The translations under genes and the position numbers were made by a program. The notes beneath the pieces are model-generated. The model worked only from the letters and a program-made list of their open reading frames with translations, ran no database searches and was not told the origin of the DNA. A DNA stretch of 63,992 nucleotides, filler included, from an uncultured Acidimicrobiia bacterium (GTDB lineage: Bacteria > Actinomycetota > Acidimicrobiia > Spongiisociales > JAOTWH01): assembly GCA_964347285.1 (NCBI GenBank). It is 5 parts of 5 records of this genome, joined end to end, with 100 filler letters (N's around TTAATTAATTAA, not from the genome) between each part and the next. Parts side by side here need not be neighbours in the genome. Positions count along the whole stretch, not along the records: positions 26,352 to 39,029 come from CAYFYE010000072.1; positions 39,130 to 51,795 come from CAYFYE010000073.1; 3 more parts are not named here. One strand, 5' to 3'. Positions 38,000-47,699 of this stretch are shown one piece after another (position 1 is the first letter of the stretch; each line of letters opens with the position of its first letter).

Positions 38000-39029
38000 G
38001 CGGTCCCGCCCAGCAGGTGTATCACATCGCCCGCCGGGACTTCATGCAGCGGGCCAAGAGCCGGGTCTTCCTCTTGACGATGCTGGTCATCGTCGGCCTC
38101 GTGCTCAGCCTGGGGCCCTTCGTGGCCCTCGAGTTTCGCGATCCTCCCCCCTATCGGGTCGGAGTGATCGGCGAGATCCGGCCCGAACTGGTGCCCGCTC
38201 TGGCGATGAGCGCCGATGCTTTCGACCGCGCCATCGAAGTCGAGACCTACCCAGAGATTGGAGGCGCCGAAGCGGCGCTGGCGGACGGTTCCCTCGACGT
38301 TCTCCTGGTCGACGGCAGGGAGCTGGTGTGGGCGGAGGAGGAGAACCTGCAGCTGGTCGCCATCGTCAACACCGCCGTGGGAGAGCTGACCCGCCGCCGG
38401 GCGATGTCGGAGTTGGGCCTGACCCGCGACGAGGCCGCCCCGCTGATCGCCCCGCCCCCCCTGGCCTCCGCCTCGCTCCAGGAGCCCGATCCCGAAGAGG
38501 TGCCCCGCCGCGTCGGCGCCAACGTGGGGGTCTTCTTGCTGTACATGTCGATACTGATCTTCGGCCAGTTCGTGCTGTTGGGGGTCATGGAGGAGAAGTC
38601 GAGCCGGGTCGTCGAGGTGATCCTGTCGCGGGTGCGCCCGCATCAGATCGTCGCCGGCAAGGTGCTTGGCATCGGGTTGCTGGGACTGCTGCAGCTGGTC
38701 GTGGTGGGGGCGGCCATCGTGTTCGTGCTGGGGATGATCGAACTGCCCGACGTCGAACCGGCGTCGATCGGCGTCGACATCCTCGTCCCGGTGGTGCTGT
38801 GGTTCCTCCTCGGCTACGCCTTCTTCAGCGTGATCTACGCCGCGCTCGGCGCCACCGTCTCCCGCCAGGAGGACGCCCAGGGTGTCGTCCTGCTCCCGGC
38901 CATGTTGATCATTCCCGGACTGTTCATCGGCATATTCGCGCTCGAGAACCCGGACACCGCTCTGGTGCAAATCACGTCGCTCGTCCCACCCACGTCGCCG
39001 ATCGTCATGCCGATGCGTCTCTCGGTTAC
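37996..39029 (+). CDS. ABC-2 transporter permease (NatB/YhaP-like), 3' truncated
   Basis: EEKSSRVVEVILS and GKVLG; multiple TM segments; ATGA overlap. Confidence 0.9.
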
Positions 39030-39129
39030 NNNNNNNNNNNNNNNNNNNNNNNNNNNNNNNNNNNNNNNNNNNNTTAATTAATTAANNNNNNNNNNNNNNN
39101 NNNNNNNNNNNNNNNNNNNNNNNNNNNNN
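39030..39129. other. Artificial contig linker
   Basis: N-run + TTAATTAATTAA + N-run. Confidence 0.97.
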
Positions 39130-39306
39130 CCTTCCGGGAAATGAGCCGGGACGGCCGGTCATGTTCGGTGTCTACTGGACACCTGGCTTCGGTATGGGCT
39201 CGTGTCGGCCGGCCCGGGCCCCGCCCTATGAGTACGGCTCCGGCCGTCGGTAGCATGGTGCCATCGGCCGGCATGGTCGGTCGCCAGACACCGAAAGGAG
39301 CCGGTC

Positions 39307-39747
39307 ATAGACAACGAGCTGTGGCGTTGGATCTGGCTCGGGGCCGCCGCCGTGCTGGCCCTGGGCGAGATGGTCACGGCCGGGTTCTTCATGTTGCCGT
39401 TCGCGGTCGGAGCGGCCGCTGCCTTCATCCTGGCATTGCTCGATGTAGCCGTGGGATGGCAATGGACGGTGTTTCTGGTGGTGTCGGTGGCATCGCTGTT
39501 CGCACTGCAGAAATGGGTCCGGAGAGAGGATGAGCTCGACCATCCAACGGCCGGCGCCACCCGGTTTGTGGGCCAGCGAGCCCTCGTACTCGAAGAGGTG
39601 GATCGCGTGCACGGCAGGGGATTGGTGCGACTCGAGACCCAGGAGTGGCGGGCGACCACCGAAGGAGGCAACATTGCCGTCGGCACCGAAGTGATCATCA
39701 GGGGCGTTGTCGGGTCACGACTGATCGTGGAGCCCACCGACCAATGA
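39307..39747 (+). CDS. NfeD-like C-terminal domain protein; apparent ATA start
   Basis: (M)[13 protein letters not shown]...GFF, GLVRL..QEWRA and L.VEP; GAAAGGAG RBS 6 nt before the ATA; precedes an SPFH gene. Confidence 0.85.
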   Translation: MDNELWRWIWLGAAAVLALGEMVTAGFFMLPFAVGAAAAFILALLDVAVGWQWTVFLVVSVASLFALQKWVRREDELDHPTAGATRFVGQRALVLEEVDRVHGRGLVRLETQEWRATTEGGNIAVGTEVIIRGVVGSRLIVEPTDQ

Positions 39748-39772
39748 GATCGGGCCTGCAGAGGAGAGAGAC

Positions 39773-40741
39773 ATGGATCCACTCGTAATCGTCCTTGTTG
39801 TCATCGCGCTCGCGCTGATCATCTACGCCGCAGCTGCCATCAAGATCGTCCGACAGTACGAACAGGGACTCGTCGAGCGGTTTGGGCGCTACAAGCGCAC
39901 GATCGATCCCGGCCTCAACTTCATCGTCCCGTTCATCGAGAGAGTCCAGCGGGTCGACATGCGGGAGCAGGTCGTCGACGTCCCGCCCCAAGAGGTCATC
40001 ACCAAGGACAATGTCGTGGTGACGGTGGACGCCGTCGTCTACTACCAGGCCACCGACCCCGTGAAGCTGAAGTACAACGTTGCGACGTTCATCGTGGCCG
40101 CTACCAAGCTGGCCCAGACCAATCTCCGAAACATCATCGGCGACCTCCAGCTTGACGAGGCACTGACGTCCCGTGAGACCATCAACACGCAGCTGCGGGA
40201 GATCCTCGACGACGCCACCGACGTCTGGGGAACAAGGGTGGTGCGGGTGGAGATCCAGCGCATCGAGCCTCCGGCCGACGTCACCGATGCCATGCACCGC
40301 CAGATGAAAGCCGAACGCGGCCGCCGAGCCGTGGTCACCGAAGCCGAGGGCGAGAAGCGAGCCGCGATTCTGCGCGCCGAAGGGGTCAAGGAAGCGCGCA
40401 TTCTCGAGGCCCAAGGCCAGGCTCAAGCCATCAAGGAAGTGGCCGACGCCGAGCGGTACCAGAAAGAGGTCGTCGCCGAGGGCGAAGGTCGGGCCATCGA
40501 GCGCGTATTCGGCGCCATCCATACCGGAGATCCCACCCCCGACCTCATCACCATTCGCTACCTTCAAGCGCTGGGCGACATCGCCGACGGGCGGGCCACC
40601 AAGCTGTTCCTTCCGATCGAGACCAGCGGCATCCTCGGCTCGCTGGCTTCGATCAAGGAGATCTTCGCCGGCGACGGTGAGGGCGAAGGCGAGTCGAGCC
40701 GCCGGTCCGGACCACCCCCATCGACCCCAGAGGAGGGCTGA
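39773..40741 (+). CDS. SPFH/band 7 (QmcA/stomatin-like) protein
   Basis: [27 protein letters not shown] and RQMKAER; AGGAG RBS. Confidence 0.93.
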   Translation: MDPLVIVLVVIALALIIYAAAAIKIVRQYEQGLVERFGRYKRTIDPGLNFIVPFIERVQRVDMREQVVDVPPQEVITKDNVVVTVDAVVYYQATDPVKLKYNVATFIVAATKLAQTNLRNIIGDLQLDEALTSRETINTQLREILDDATDVWGTRVVRVEIQRIEPPADVTDAMHRQMKAERGRRAVVTEAEGEKRAAILRAEGVKEARILEAQGQAQAIKEVADAERYQKEVVAEGEGRAIERVFGAIHTGDPTPDLITIRYLQALGDIADGRATKLFLPIETSGILGSLASIKEIFAGDGEGEGESSRRSGPPPSTPEEG

Positions 40742-40969
40742 GACACGATCCGGCCGTCTCGACGAGCCGGGCAGACTGGTTCCGGGCCGCTCCCGAAGGA
40801 GCCGCTCTCAGCCGACAGTGCTCGACCGCCACTCGGCACGCCCCGCCTCTTCCGAACGGAACAGGCCTTCTCGAAGAGCGCTCCTACGGCTCGAGCAGCC
40901 GGAGTGGGGTACCTCTTGCAGTCAAAGGTCGAGCGGACAAGAGATCGGCGGGCGGTGCGGCGGGATCTG

Positions 40970-41686
40970 CTATTCGCCGAAAGCGCAAAGGGTCACGATG
41001 CCGTCGCCGGCTTCGCAGTAGAGCGTGATGGTCGGCGCCAGAAGGGCGCTGAGGGTATCCCCAGTCACCTCGCCGGCGCTTTCCGGCCATGGCTCCCACG
41101 GTTCGAGCCGGGCCATCACGTCGGTCGCGGCGATCACCGATGCCGACTCTCGGTCTCCGGCGATGATTGCTGCCAGGAGAGTCTCCAAGGCCTCTAGGTT
41201 ACCGACGGCCGGCGTCACACCCTCGACGAAGCGCCGGGCACAGACGGGGCGGACGTAGCTCGTGACGCTGACTTCTGCCGAGGTCACGTCTTCGAAATAG
41301 GCTCCGGGATCCCGGAGAGTCTCGAAGGCGGCCGTCAACCCGGGAGGGGCATCGGGGCCGAGGAGGGCCTCGAGGGCATCGATATCGTCCTCGTAGTCGT
41401 GCCCGTCGAAGGCGTTCACCCAGGCCAGGTAGGCATCACACAGGGCGGCGACTTCCGGGGAGTCGGTCGGATCGGCGGTGGGTGTCGGTGACGTTTGCGG
41501 GGTGGTCGTGGGCGTGACGGTGGTGGCGGGGGCGGGAGTGGTCGCGGCACTGGTCGGCGCCGCAGTCGACGGCACGGGTGCGGCCTCTTCGACAGAGCTG
41601 GTGGTCGCCGTGGTGGTGCCGCACGCAGCCGACACCATGACCAGAGTGGTGGTGGCCATCCACACTCGGCTGCCCAGGGACGTCAT
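40970..41686 (-). CDS. Hypothetical lipoprotein with Thr/Pro-rich linker
   Basis: Lipobox SAAC and Thr-rich linker; GGAG RBS. Confidence 0.7.
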   Translation of the reverse strand: MTSLGSRVWMATTTLVMVSAACGTTTATTSSVEEAAPVPSTAAPTSAATTPAPATTVTPTTTPQTSPTPTADPTDSPEVAALCDAYLAWVNAFDGHDYEDDIDALEALLGPDAPPGLTAAFETLRDPGAYFEDVTSAEVSVTSYVRPVCARRFVEGVTPAVGNLEALETLLAAIIAGDRESASVIAATDVMARLEPWEPWPESAGEVTGDTLSALLAPTITLYCEAGDGIVTLCAFGE

Positions 41687-41964
41687 CTCCGCCGAGGCTA
41701 ATTGAGCATCGAGCACCGTTGGAAGGGGCCGGGACGTTGGGAGGCCGCTTGGTCACGGCCGGCACCGGGCACCGGGGCGTGCGATGGGCGCTGGAAGGAT
41801 CATTCGGGAAGGTCCGGCCGCTCCTGGAGAGGGCAAGCTATGAGTAGTTGGTATGAGCCCGATTCAACCACAAAGGGTGGTCGCATTGAGTGACGTTTTC
41901 GCCAGGAACCGCTCAAGTGGGCGGCGGCGAGGACCGAAGGGCCGGGGAGCGTGATCACCACCTC

Positions 41965-43152
41965 ATGACCGAATCGGCCGCATCGCCACCGCGCCCAGTT
42001 ATCTCGGGGAAGTTGGGGAATGAGCTCGTCGACGACCTCAAAGTCGTGCTGCGCGGCGATCCACCGAATTCGCCGCCGGTGCCCCTTCCACCCAATGAAA
42101 CCGAACGCCTCGAGGAGCTGCGCCGGTACGACATTCTCGACACCCTGCCCGAGAGCGCCTATGACGACATCACGTATCTCGCCGCTCAGATGTGTGGAAC
42201 CCCCATCGCTCTCATCAGCCTGGTCGATGAGGATCGCCAGTGGTTCAAATCGAGCGTGGGCCTCGACGCCGAGCAAACGCCACGGGACGTGGCTTTCTGC
42301 GCCCACGCCATCGTCGATCCTTCCGACGTCCTGGTCGTTCCGGACGCCATGCAGGATCCGCGGTTCGCGCACAACCCACTGGTGCGGAACGACCCGAAGA
42401 TCCGGTTCTACGCAGGAGCGTCGCTCGTCACCGCCGCCGGACACGCGCTCGGGACGCTGTGTGTCATTGACCGGCGGCCGCGCCGTCTCGACGCGACTCA
42501 GGAGAAGGCGCTGCGCGCCCTGGCCCGTCGAGTGATGACAGAGCTCGACCTCCGCAGGGCGGTAGCCGCCATGGAGGAGGCAGCCGCCCAGCGCAGAGAC
42601 TACGAAGCGCGGCTCCAGGAGTACCACCTCAAACTCGAGCAAAGCTATGCGTCTCTGGCGGCCGCAACGGCGAGCGATCCCCTCACCGGGCTGGGCAACG
42701 GCCTTGCCTTCTTCAAGCGCCTGGAAGAGGAGGCCGAGCGGGCCAAACGAAATGGGTCGGCGCTGTCGGTTGCTCTCGTGGACGTAGACCGCTTCGAGGC
42801 TTTCAACCAGCGGCACGGGTGGCGGGCCGGCGATGAAGTCCTCGGGGTTGTGGCGGAGCTGCTCGTCGGGGCCAGCCGAGTAAACGACTTCGTCGCCCGG
42901 TACGGAGGCGACGAGTTCGCGGCGATCCTTCCGGATACCGGCACCGACGGAGCACACGTACTGGCCGAGCGCTTCCGGACTGTTGTCGAGCGAGGCGATT
43001 GGCCCCGCGACGAGATCACCGTGACGGTGGGGGTCGCCACCTCATCCGGTGCAGAAGCCAACGCAATGGCGATGTTTTCAGCGGCGGATCATGCCATCCA
43101 CCAAGCCAAACAGGAGGGGGGCAATCGCGTCTTGGGGACCGATCCGGACTGA
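41965..43152 (+). CDS. GAF-GGDEF diguanylate cyclase
   Basis: GAF motifs RQWFKS, FCAHAI and IRFYAG; coiled coil; DPLTGL, RVND I-site and RYGGDEF. Confidence 0.92.
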   Translation: MTESAASPPRPVISGKLGNELVDDLKVVLRGDPPNSPPVPLPPNETERLEELRRYDILDTLPESAYDDITYLAAQMCGTPIALISLVDEDRQWFKSSVGLDAEQTPRDVAFCAHAIVDPSDVLVVPDAMQDPRFAHNPLVRNDPKIRFYAGASLVTAAGHALGTLCVIDRRPRRLDATQEKALRALARRVMTELDLRRAVAAMEEAAAQRRDYEARLQEYHLKLEQSYASLAAATASDPLTGLGNGLAFFKRLEEEAERAKRNGSALSVALVDVDRFEAFNQRHGWRAGDEVLGVVAELLVGASRVNDFVARYGGDEFAAILPDTGTDGAHVLAERFRTVVERGDWPRDEITVTVGVATSSGAEANAMAMFSAADHAIHQAKQEGGNRVLGTDPD

Positions 43153-43391
43153 CTACCTCGGCTGTGGCTCGGCCTCTCGGATCCCGTGGTGGTCCCCGGT
43201 GGATGACTCGCCGGGTGCCGGTTCTGAGCCGAGGCCCGGCCCGACGCGACCCTGCAGGGACTCCGGCCGCTACCGCATCACCGATGCCGATCGCCTCCAT
43301 GGCTACTTGTTACACCAACACTTGCCGGCGTTCGACCCATCTCGGCCCTCGGGATGTGGGGATGGCGTGGCTCGGTCGGTGGGCCCGGACC

Positions 43392-44357
43392 TCAGGACGG
43401 ACGCTTCGTCCGGATCCTGTAGCCGTAGCGCAGGAGCATTGGAAACGTCAGCAACGTCACCAGGGCCCGGTCGAGTGGGTGGAGGTCGCTTCGCCATCGG
43501 TCGTCCTCCTTGAGGACCACCTCGGTCGACGCGAATCTTCGCAGGGTGCTCCCGTCCGGCCCGTGGACTTCGGGCACTGAGACGGGGACCCCGGACCGCA
43601 ATTGCCCGGCCGGCTCAGCTACTCCGAGGAGACGGCAGGCAGTGCGCAGGGCCGGGTTTGGATCCTCCACCAGGTGCTCGTAAATGATGACGAACGACCG
43701 CTCCGGGCCGTACCGTCGGCGAATGGCGTCGAAGGTGAGGTGTCGCAGCATCCAGTACACCGCCGTCTTGACGGCCTCGAGCGGATTCGCTCGGGCCGGA
43801 TCCTCGGGAGCGGAGCGCTTGCGGCGGGAGAAGAGCACCCCGCGCGGGTCACGAACGATGTGAGCGCAATACACCGTAACGTCCGAGGCACCCGCGAGCA
43901 GCGCGGCGTCGACCGGATTCTTCGAGTTGTCGAGGATCACCGATGAGCCCGAGACACGGGCGAAGGCCCGGTAGAGGTCGCAGTAGAGGGCGAGGTAGCG
44001 GGCTTCGGCCGAGGAGGGTTCGAGACGGGATCGCCGCCCCAGGATCTTCAGGGCACGCCACCACGCCCGGGTCCCAGGAGCCACTGCCCTCTGCAGAGCA
44101 GCGCCCTCGCCGAGGTTCGACTCCAGGTAGCCGGTACCCGGCCCGAGCAGCTTCGACCAGATCGGACACTCAGCGTGCGGCCTTCCGCAGTCGCACGTTA
44201 CCCCGGGGCGGAGGCTCCAGAGCCTACGGAGCTCTCCGCCATGGGTGGCCCCGCTCATGGTGCTGAGCACCCGTCCCAGGATGCCCGTTCCCCCTCGAGC
44301 GGAACCCACCATGTAGACGACTCTGGTCTGGCTCGCCGGGGGACCCACCTTTTCCAT
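43392..44357 (-). CDS. Sulfotransferase family protein
   Basis: 5'-PSB-like GSARGGTG, GEL, CDCG...CPIW, LDNSK, HIVRDPR and YEHLV..P. Confidence 0.8.
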   Translation of the reverse strand: MEKVGPPASQTRVVYMVGSARGGTGILGRVLSTMSGATHGGELRRLWSLRPGVTCDCGRPHAECPIWSKLLGPGTGYLESNLGEGAALQRAVAPGTRAWWRALKILGRRSRLEPSSAEARYLALYCDLYRAFARVSGSSVILDNSKNPVDAALLAGASDVTVYCAHIVRDPRGVLFSRRKRSAPEDPARANPLEAVKTAVYWMLRHLTFDAIRRRYGPERSFVIIYEHLVEDPNPALRTACRLLGVAEPAGQLRSGVPVSVPEVHGPDGSTLRRFASTEVVLKEDDRWRSDLHPLDRALVTLLTFPMLLRYGYRIRTKRPS

Positions 44358-44933
44358 TATGGCCCGAGATCGGCTGCCGATACGTGACCCAAACGGCCGT
44401 GCACGCTCAGGCGAGGTAGGCCCGGGCGCCCCGGCCCTCTACGCCCAAGCGGCTGGATCTCGGGTGATGACGGTAGGGGTGCTGCGGCCTATAAGGGTGG
44501 GATAGAAGCCCAGCCCTTGGCCCGCGCAGGTCTCAGTCTGCCGGTTCGGGATCGGGGAGGCAGGTACAGGTAGAGGCGATCGTCCCGGCGGACATCGGCT
44601 TTCCCTCGATTCCGAGGAGTGGACGTTCTTGTCTGTTGTTGCGATGGTCGAGGTTGGGTCGGACTTGCGGCAGTCCCGGTAGCAACCGGGCGACAGGGGA
44701 ATAGTCATGGGGTACCTCGACGGCACCGGCCCGGAGATGGCACCGTGCGTTGAGCTCCCGGCTGGTTCCGGGTAGGGCCACTCGGGCGTTCGTCGGTTTC
44801 CCCGCGCGGCGATATCGATCCCCTCGCCCCGGCCGTACTGTGGCGGGCGTGCCGCGGGTCTTGATGGAGAACCTCACGGACTCCTGCGAGCCGCGGCCTC
44901 GGGCTTGCTCCACCCTGTACGCCGGGCGGGCGG

Positions 44934-44963
44934 TTGATATGTGAGTGAATACTCACATATAAT
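44934..44963 (+). promoter_or_regulatory. Promoter overlapped by a perfect palindromic operator
   Basis: TTGATA-N18-TATAAT; inverted repeat ATATGTGAGT-gaat-ACTCACATAT at 44937-44960. Confidence 0.8.
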
Positions 44964-44970
44964 GCCGACG

Positions 44971-45729
44971 GTGGACGACGTGTTCAGGGCACTCAACGAC
45001 CGAAGTCGGCGACTGTTGCTCGACCGGCTGTTCGAGCAGGACGGGCAGACTCTCGGAGAGCTGTGCGTCCATCTGCCCCACATGACCCGGTTCGGGGTGA
45101 TGAACCATCTGCGGGTCCTCGAAGAGGCCGGTCTGGTGACCAGGCGCAAGGTGGGCAGAAGCAAGCACCACTACCTCAATCCGGTCCCGATCCGTCTGGT
45201 CCACGATCGATGGATAGGCAAGTACACCGCCCCCTTGGCCGGTGCGGTGGCACAGCTCAAGACCCAGCTGGAGCAAGGAGGTCCACCCATGTCCGAACCA
45301 AGCCATGTGTACCAGGCGTACATCCGCTGCCACCCCGAGGAGGCCTGGAACGCCATCGTCGATGGCGACCAAACCCGGCAGTACTACTACGGGACCCGGG
45401 TCGAATCGGCGTGGGGCCCCGGCCAACCGGTGCGGTACCTGTCACCCAGCGGCGACGTTGTGGCCGATGGCGAAGTGATCGCCATCGATCCCCCCAAGCG
45501 ACTCGAGATGACGTTCCATCCGCGCTGGGACCCGGAGCTCGAGGCGGAGGGTCCGGTGCGGACGGTCTGGCTGGTCGACGAGAGTCAGGGGCTGACGCGA
45601 GTCACCGTGGAGTACTACGACCTCGAGCCGGGGAGTCGTACATACGCCGACTTCGTCGGCGGGATTCCGTTCATCATCTCCGGCATGAAGACTCTGCTGG
45701 AAACCGGGGAGGGTCTGGGGGGCGCCTGA
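44971..45729 (+). CDS. ArsR-family HTH fused to an SRPBCC (Aha1-like) domain
   Basis: VFRALND.SRRLLLD.L, HL.VLEEAGLV and HYLNPVPI; C-terminal G.VIAIDPPKRL and SGMKTLLETG; probably leaderless GTG. Confidence 0.9.
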   Translation: MDDVFRALNDRSRRLLLDRLFEQDGQTLGELCVHLPHMTRFGVMNHLRVLEEAGLVTRRKVGRSKHHYLNPVPIRLVHDRWIGKYTAPLAGAVAQLKTQLEQGGPPMSEPSHVYQAYIRCHPEEAWNAIVDGDQTRQYYYGTRVESAWGPGQPVRYLSPSGDVVADGEVIAIDPPKRLEMTFHPRWDPELEAEGPVRTVWLVDESQGLTRVTVEYYDLEPGSRTYADFVGGIPFIISGMKTLLETGEGLGGA

Positions 45730-46120
45730 TGCCGGCGGGCCGACTGGGTTCGGGAGCCGGCCGGAACGGGGAGTCGGGGGTGCCTCCGAGCTCGCCGGGA
45801 AACTGCTTTTCACCCCGGGTCCGGGAAGGACGTCGTCCATTTTGGCCACAGGGATGAGAAGCTCGAGAGAACCCCAAGTGCACTGCGTCGGTGGCGAGCG
45901 TCTTGCCGCCGACCGGGGTGAAGGGGGCTTGGCAGCCGGCGATACCCGAGTCATTCGTAGATAGGACCGGTGAGGACGCAGAACTCATCGAGTCATCGCA
46001 GCAGGCGACACCCGAGGGTTCCGCCCTGTCCCTGTTCCTCTCGATCGATTCCTCCGGAGTCCTCGCAGGAGGGGTCCTAGAGGTTCCGGCCGCCGAGACT
46101 GCTCCGAGTGACCTTGCCGA

Positions 46121-46480
46121 TCATCGCGGCGTTGCCGGCCGCTCGGCGGCGAACTCCTGGTAGGCGGCGAAGGCGCGTGGACCCCAGACGCTCCCAGGCC
46201 CACCCGACATCAGCAGGGCCACTCCGATCGCTTCGGCGGCCTCGGCAGGTGTGGCGCCCCGTCGGGCGGCGCCGCGAGCGTGGGCGGCCACGCAGCCGTC
46301 GCACTCGTCCACGACGGAGATGGCAAGCGCAATCAGTTCCTTGACCTTGGCCGTCAGCGCTCCCTCCGCCATCGCACCACGGTGCAAGGCGACGAACCCC
46401 GACCAGGCATCGGGAACGAGTTCGCGCAGTGGCTTGGTCTGCTCGTGGACTTCCTTCGAAAGATCATGGAATGAGCCCAT
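46121..46480 (-). CDS. Carboxymuconolactone decarboxylase / AhpD-like protein
   Basis: KVKELIALAISV..CDGC...H; AGGAGG RBS. Confidence 0.9.
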   Translation of the reverse strand: MGSFHDLSKEVHEQTKPLRELVPDAWSGFVALHRGAMAEGALTAKVKELIALAISVVDECDGCVAAHARGAARRGATPAEAAEAIGVALLMSGGPGSVWGPRAFAAYQEFAAERPATPR

Positions 46481-46532
46481 CAATACCTCCTTGCGACGAT
46501 GGTACGGTCGAGGATCGACACCGGGAGGAGGA

Positions 46533-47699
46533 GTGGACCTCAAGGATCGAGCAGCCGGGGCCTTCGACGGCGTCGAGGCGGTGTTGGGCCAAATCAGCAA
46601 GTGGCTGTACGAGAACCCGGAAACCGCCTACCAGGAGCACCGGTCTTCGGCCCGCCTCGTCGAGTTCCTGAGCGATCGCGGGTTTGCCGTGGAGTATCCG
46701 GCATTCGGAATCGACACGGCGTTTGTCGCTCGGACCGGGACCAGCGGCCCCGAGGTAGTGATCTGCGCCGAGTACGACGCCCTGCCTGAAGTAGGTCATG
46801 CGTGCGGGCACAACCTCATCGCCGCCGCCGCTCTCGGGGCGGGTGCCGCCCTCCAGGGTTTGGCGGAGGATCTCGGCTGTCGGGTCACGGTGCTGGGCAC
46901 ACCGGCCGAGGAGGCATTGGGGGGCAAGATCGAGTTGCTCAAGGCCGGCGCTTTTCAGGGTGCCGCTGCAGCACTGATGGTCCACCCCGCCGGGGAGGAC
47001 ACGATCGACCCCCGCTGTCTGGCGGTCACCCATATCGACATCGACTTCCACGGCAAGGAGGCCCACGCTTCGGCATCGCCCCAGATCGGCGTCAACGCTC
47101 TCGACGCGGCCGTTCAGGCCTATGTCAACGTCTCGACGTTGCGCCAGGCCTTCTACGCCACCGATCGGGTGCACGGCATCATCACCTACGGAGGAGGTGC
47201 CCCCAACGTGATTCCGGCCCACACCTCGATGTCGTGGTATGTGCGGGCCGGCACCAAGGAGAGGCTGGACGAACTGTACGCCAAGGTCATGGCCTGCTTC
47301 GAGGCGGCCGCCGCCGCCACCGGCTGCCGCGTCGATGTCACGCCGCGAGGCGAACCCTTCACCGACCTGGTCACCAATCAGGTCCTCGGCGAGCTGTACA
47401 TGGACAACTCGGCAGCATTGGGCCGCCCCCTGGGCTACAGCAGGGAGCGCCCCATCGAGGAAGTGGGCTCGACGGACATGGGCAACGTCAGCCATGTCGT
47501 GCCCAGCATCCATCCCATGCTCGACCTCCACACCGGCGGTCCGGAGAATCACCAGAAGGCCTTTGCCGCCCATACCGTCACCCCGGACGGGGTCCGGGTC
47601 ATCCGTGACGGAGCCCTAACCATGGCCTGGACGGTGATCGATCTGGCCGCTCAGGACCGGTGGGACGAGCTGGCGAGGTCTCCCGGTCAGCCCCCGTAG
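46533..47699 (+). CDS. M20 family amidohydrolase (M20D)
   Basis: PE.AYQE, AEYDALP, HACGHN, GTPAEE, MVHP and GSTDMGNVS; GGAGG RBS. Confidence 0.92.
   Translation: MDLKDRAAGAFDGVEAVLGQISKWLYENPETAYQEHRSSARLVEFLSDRGFAVEYPAFGIDTAFVARTGTSGPEVVICAEYDALPEVGHACGHNLIAAAALGAGAALQGLAEDLGCRVTVLGTPAEEALGGKIELLKAGAFQGAAAALMVHPAGEDTIDPRCLAVTHIDIDFHGKEAHASASPQIGVNALDAAVQAYVNVSTLRQAFYATDRVHGIITYGGGAPNVIPAHTSMSWYVRAGTKERLDELYAKVMACFEAAAAATGCRVDVTPRGEPFTDLVTNQVLGELYMDNSAALGRPLGYSRERPIEEVGSTDMGNVSHVVPSIHPMLDLHTGGPENHQKAFAAHTVTPDGVRVIRDGALTMAWTVIDLAAQDRWDELARSPGQPP

Noticed and set aside
41820..41960. Possible cyclic-dinucleotide riboswitch upstream of the GGDEF gene
   Set aside because: Only isolated short matches (GGCAAG, GGAACCGC). 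The remaining conserved elements of c-di-GMP or ydaO aptamers are not visible; an Rfam scan would settle it.
45730..46120. Short overlapping ORFs between ArsR-SRPBCC and the AhpD-like gene
   Set aside because: No coherent start signal or motif in any frame.
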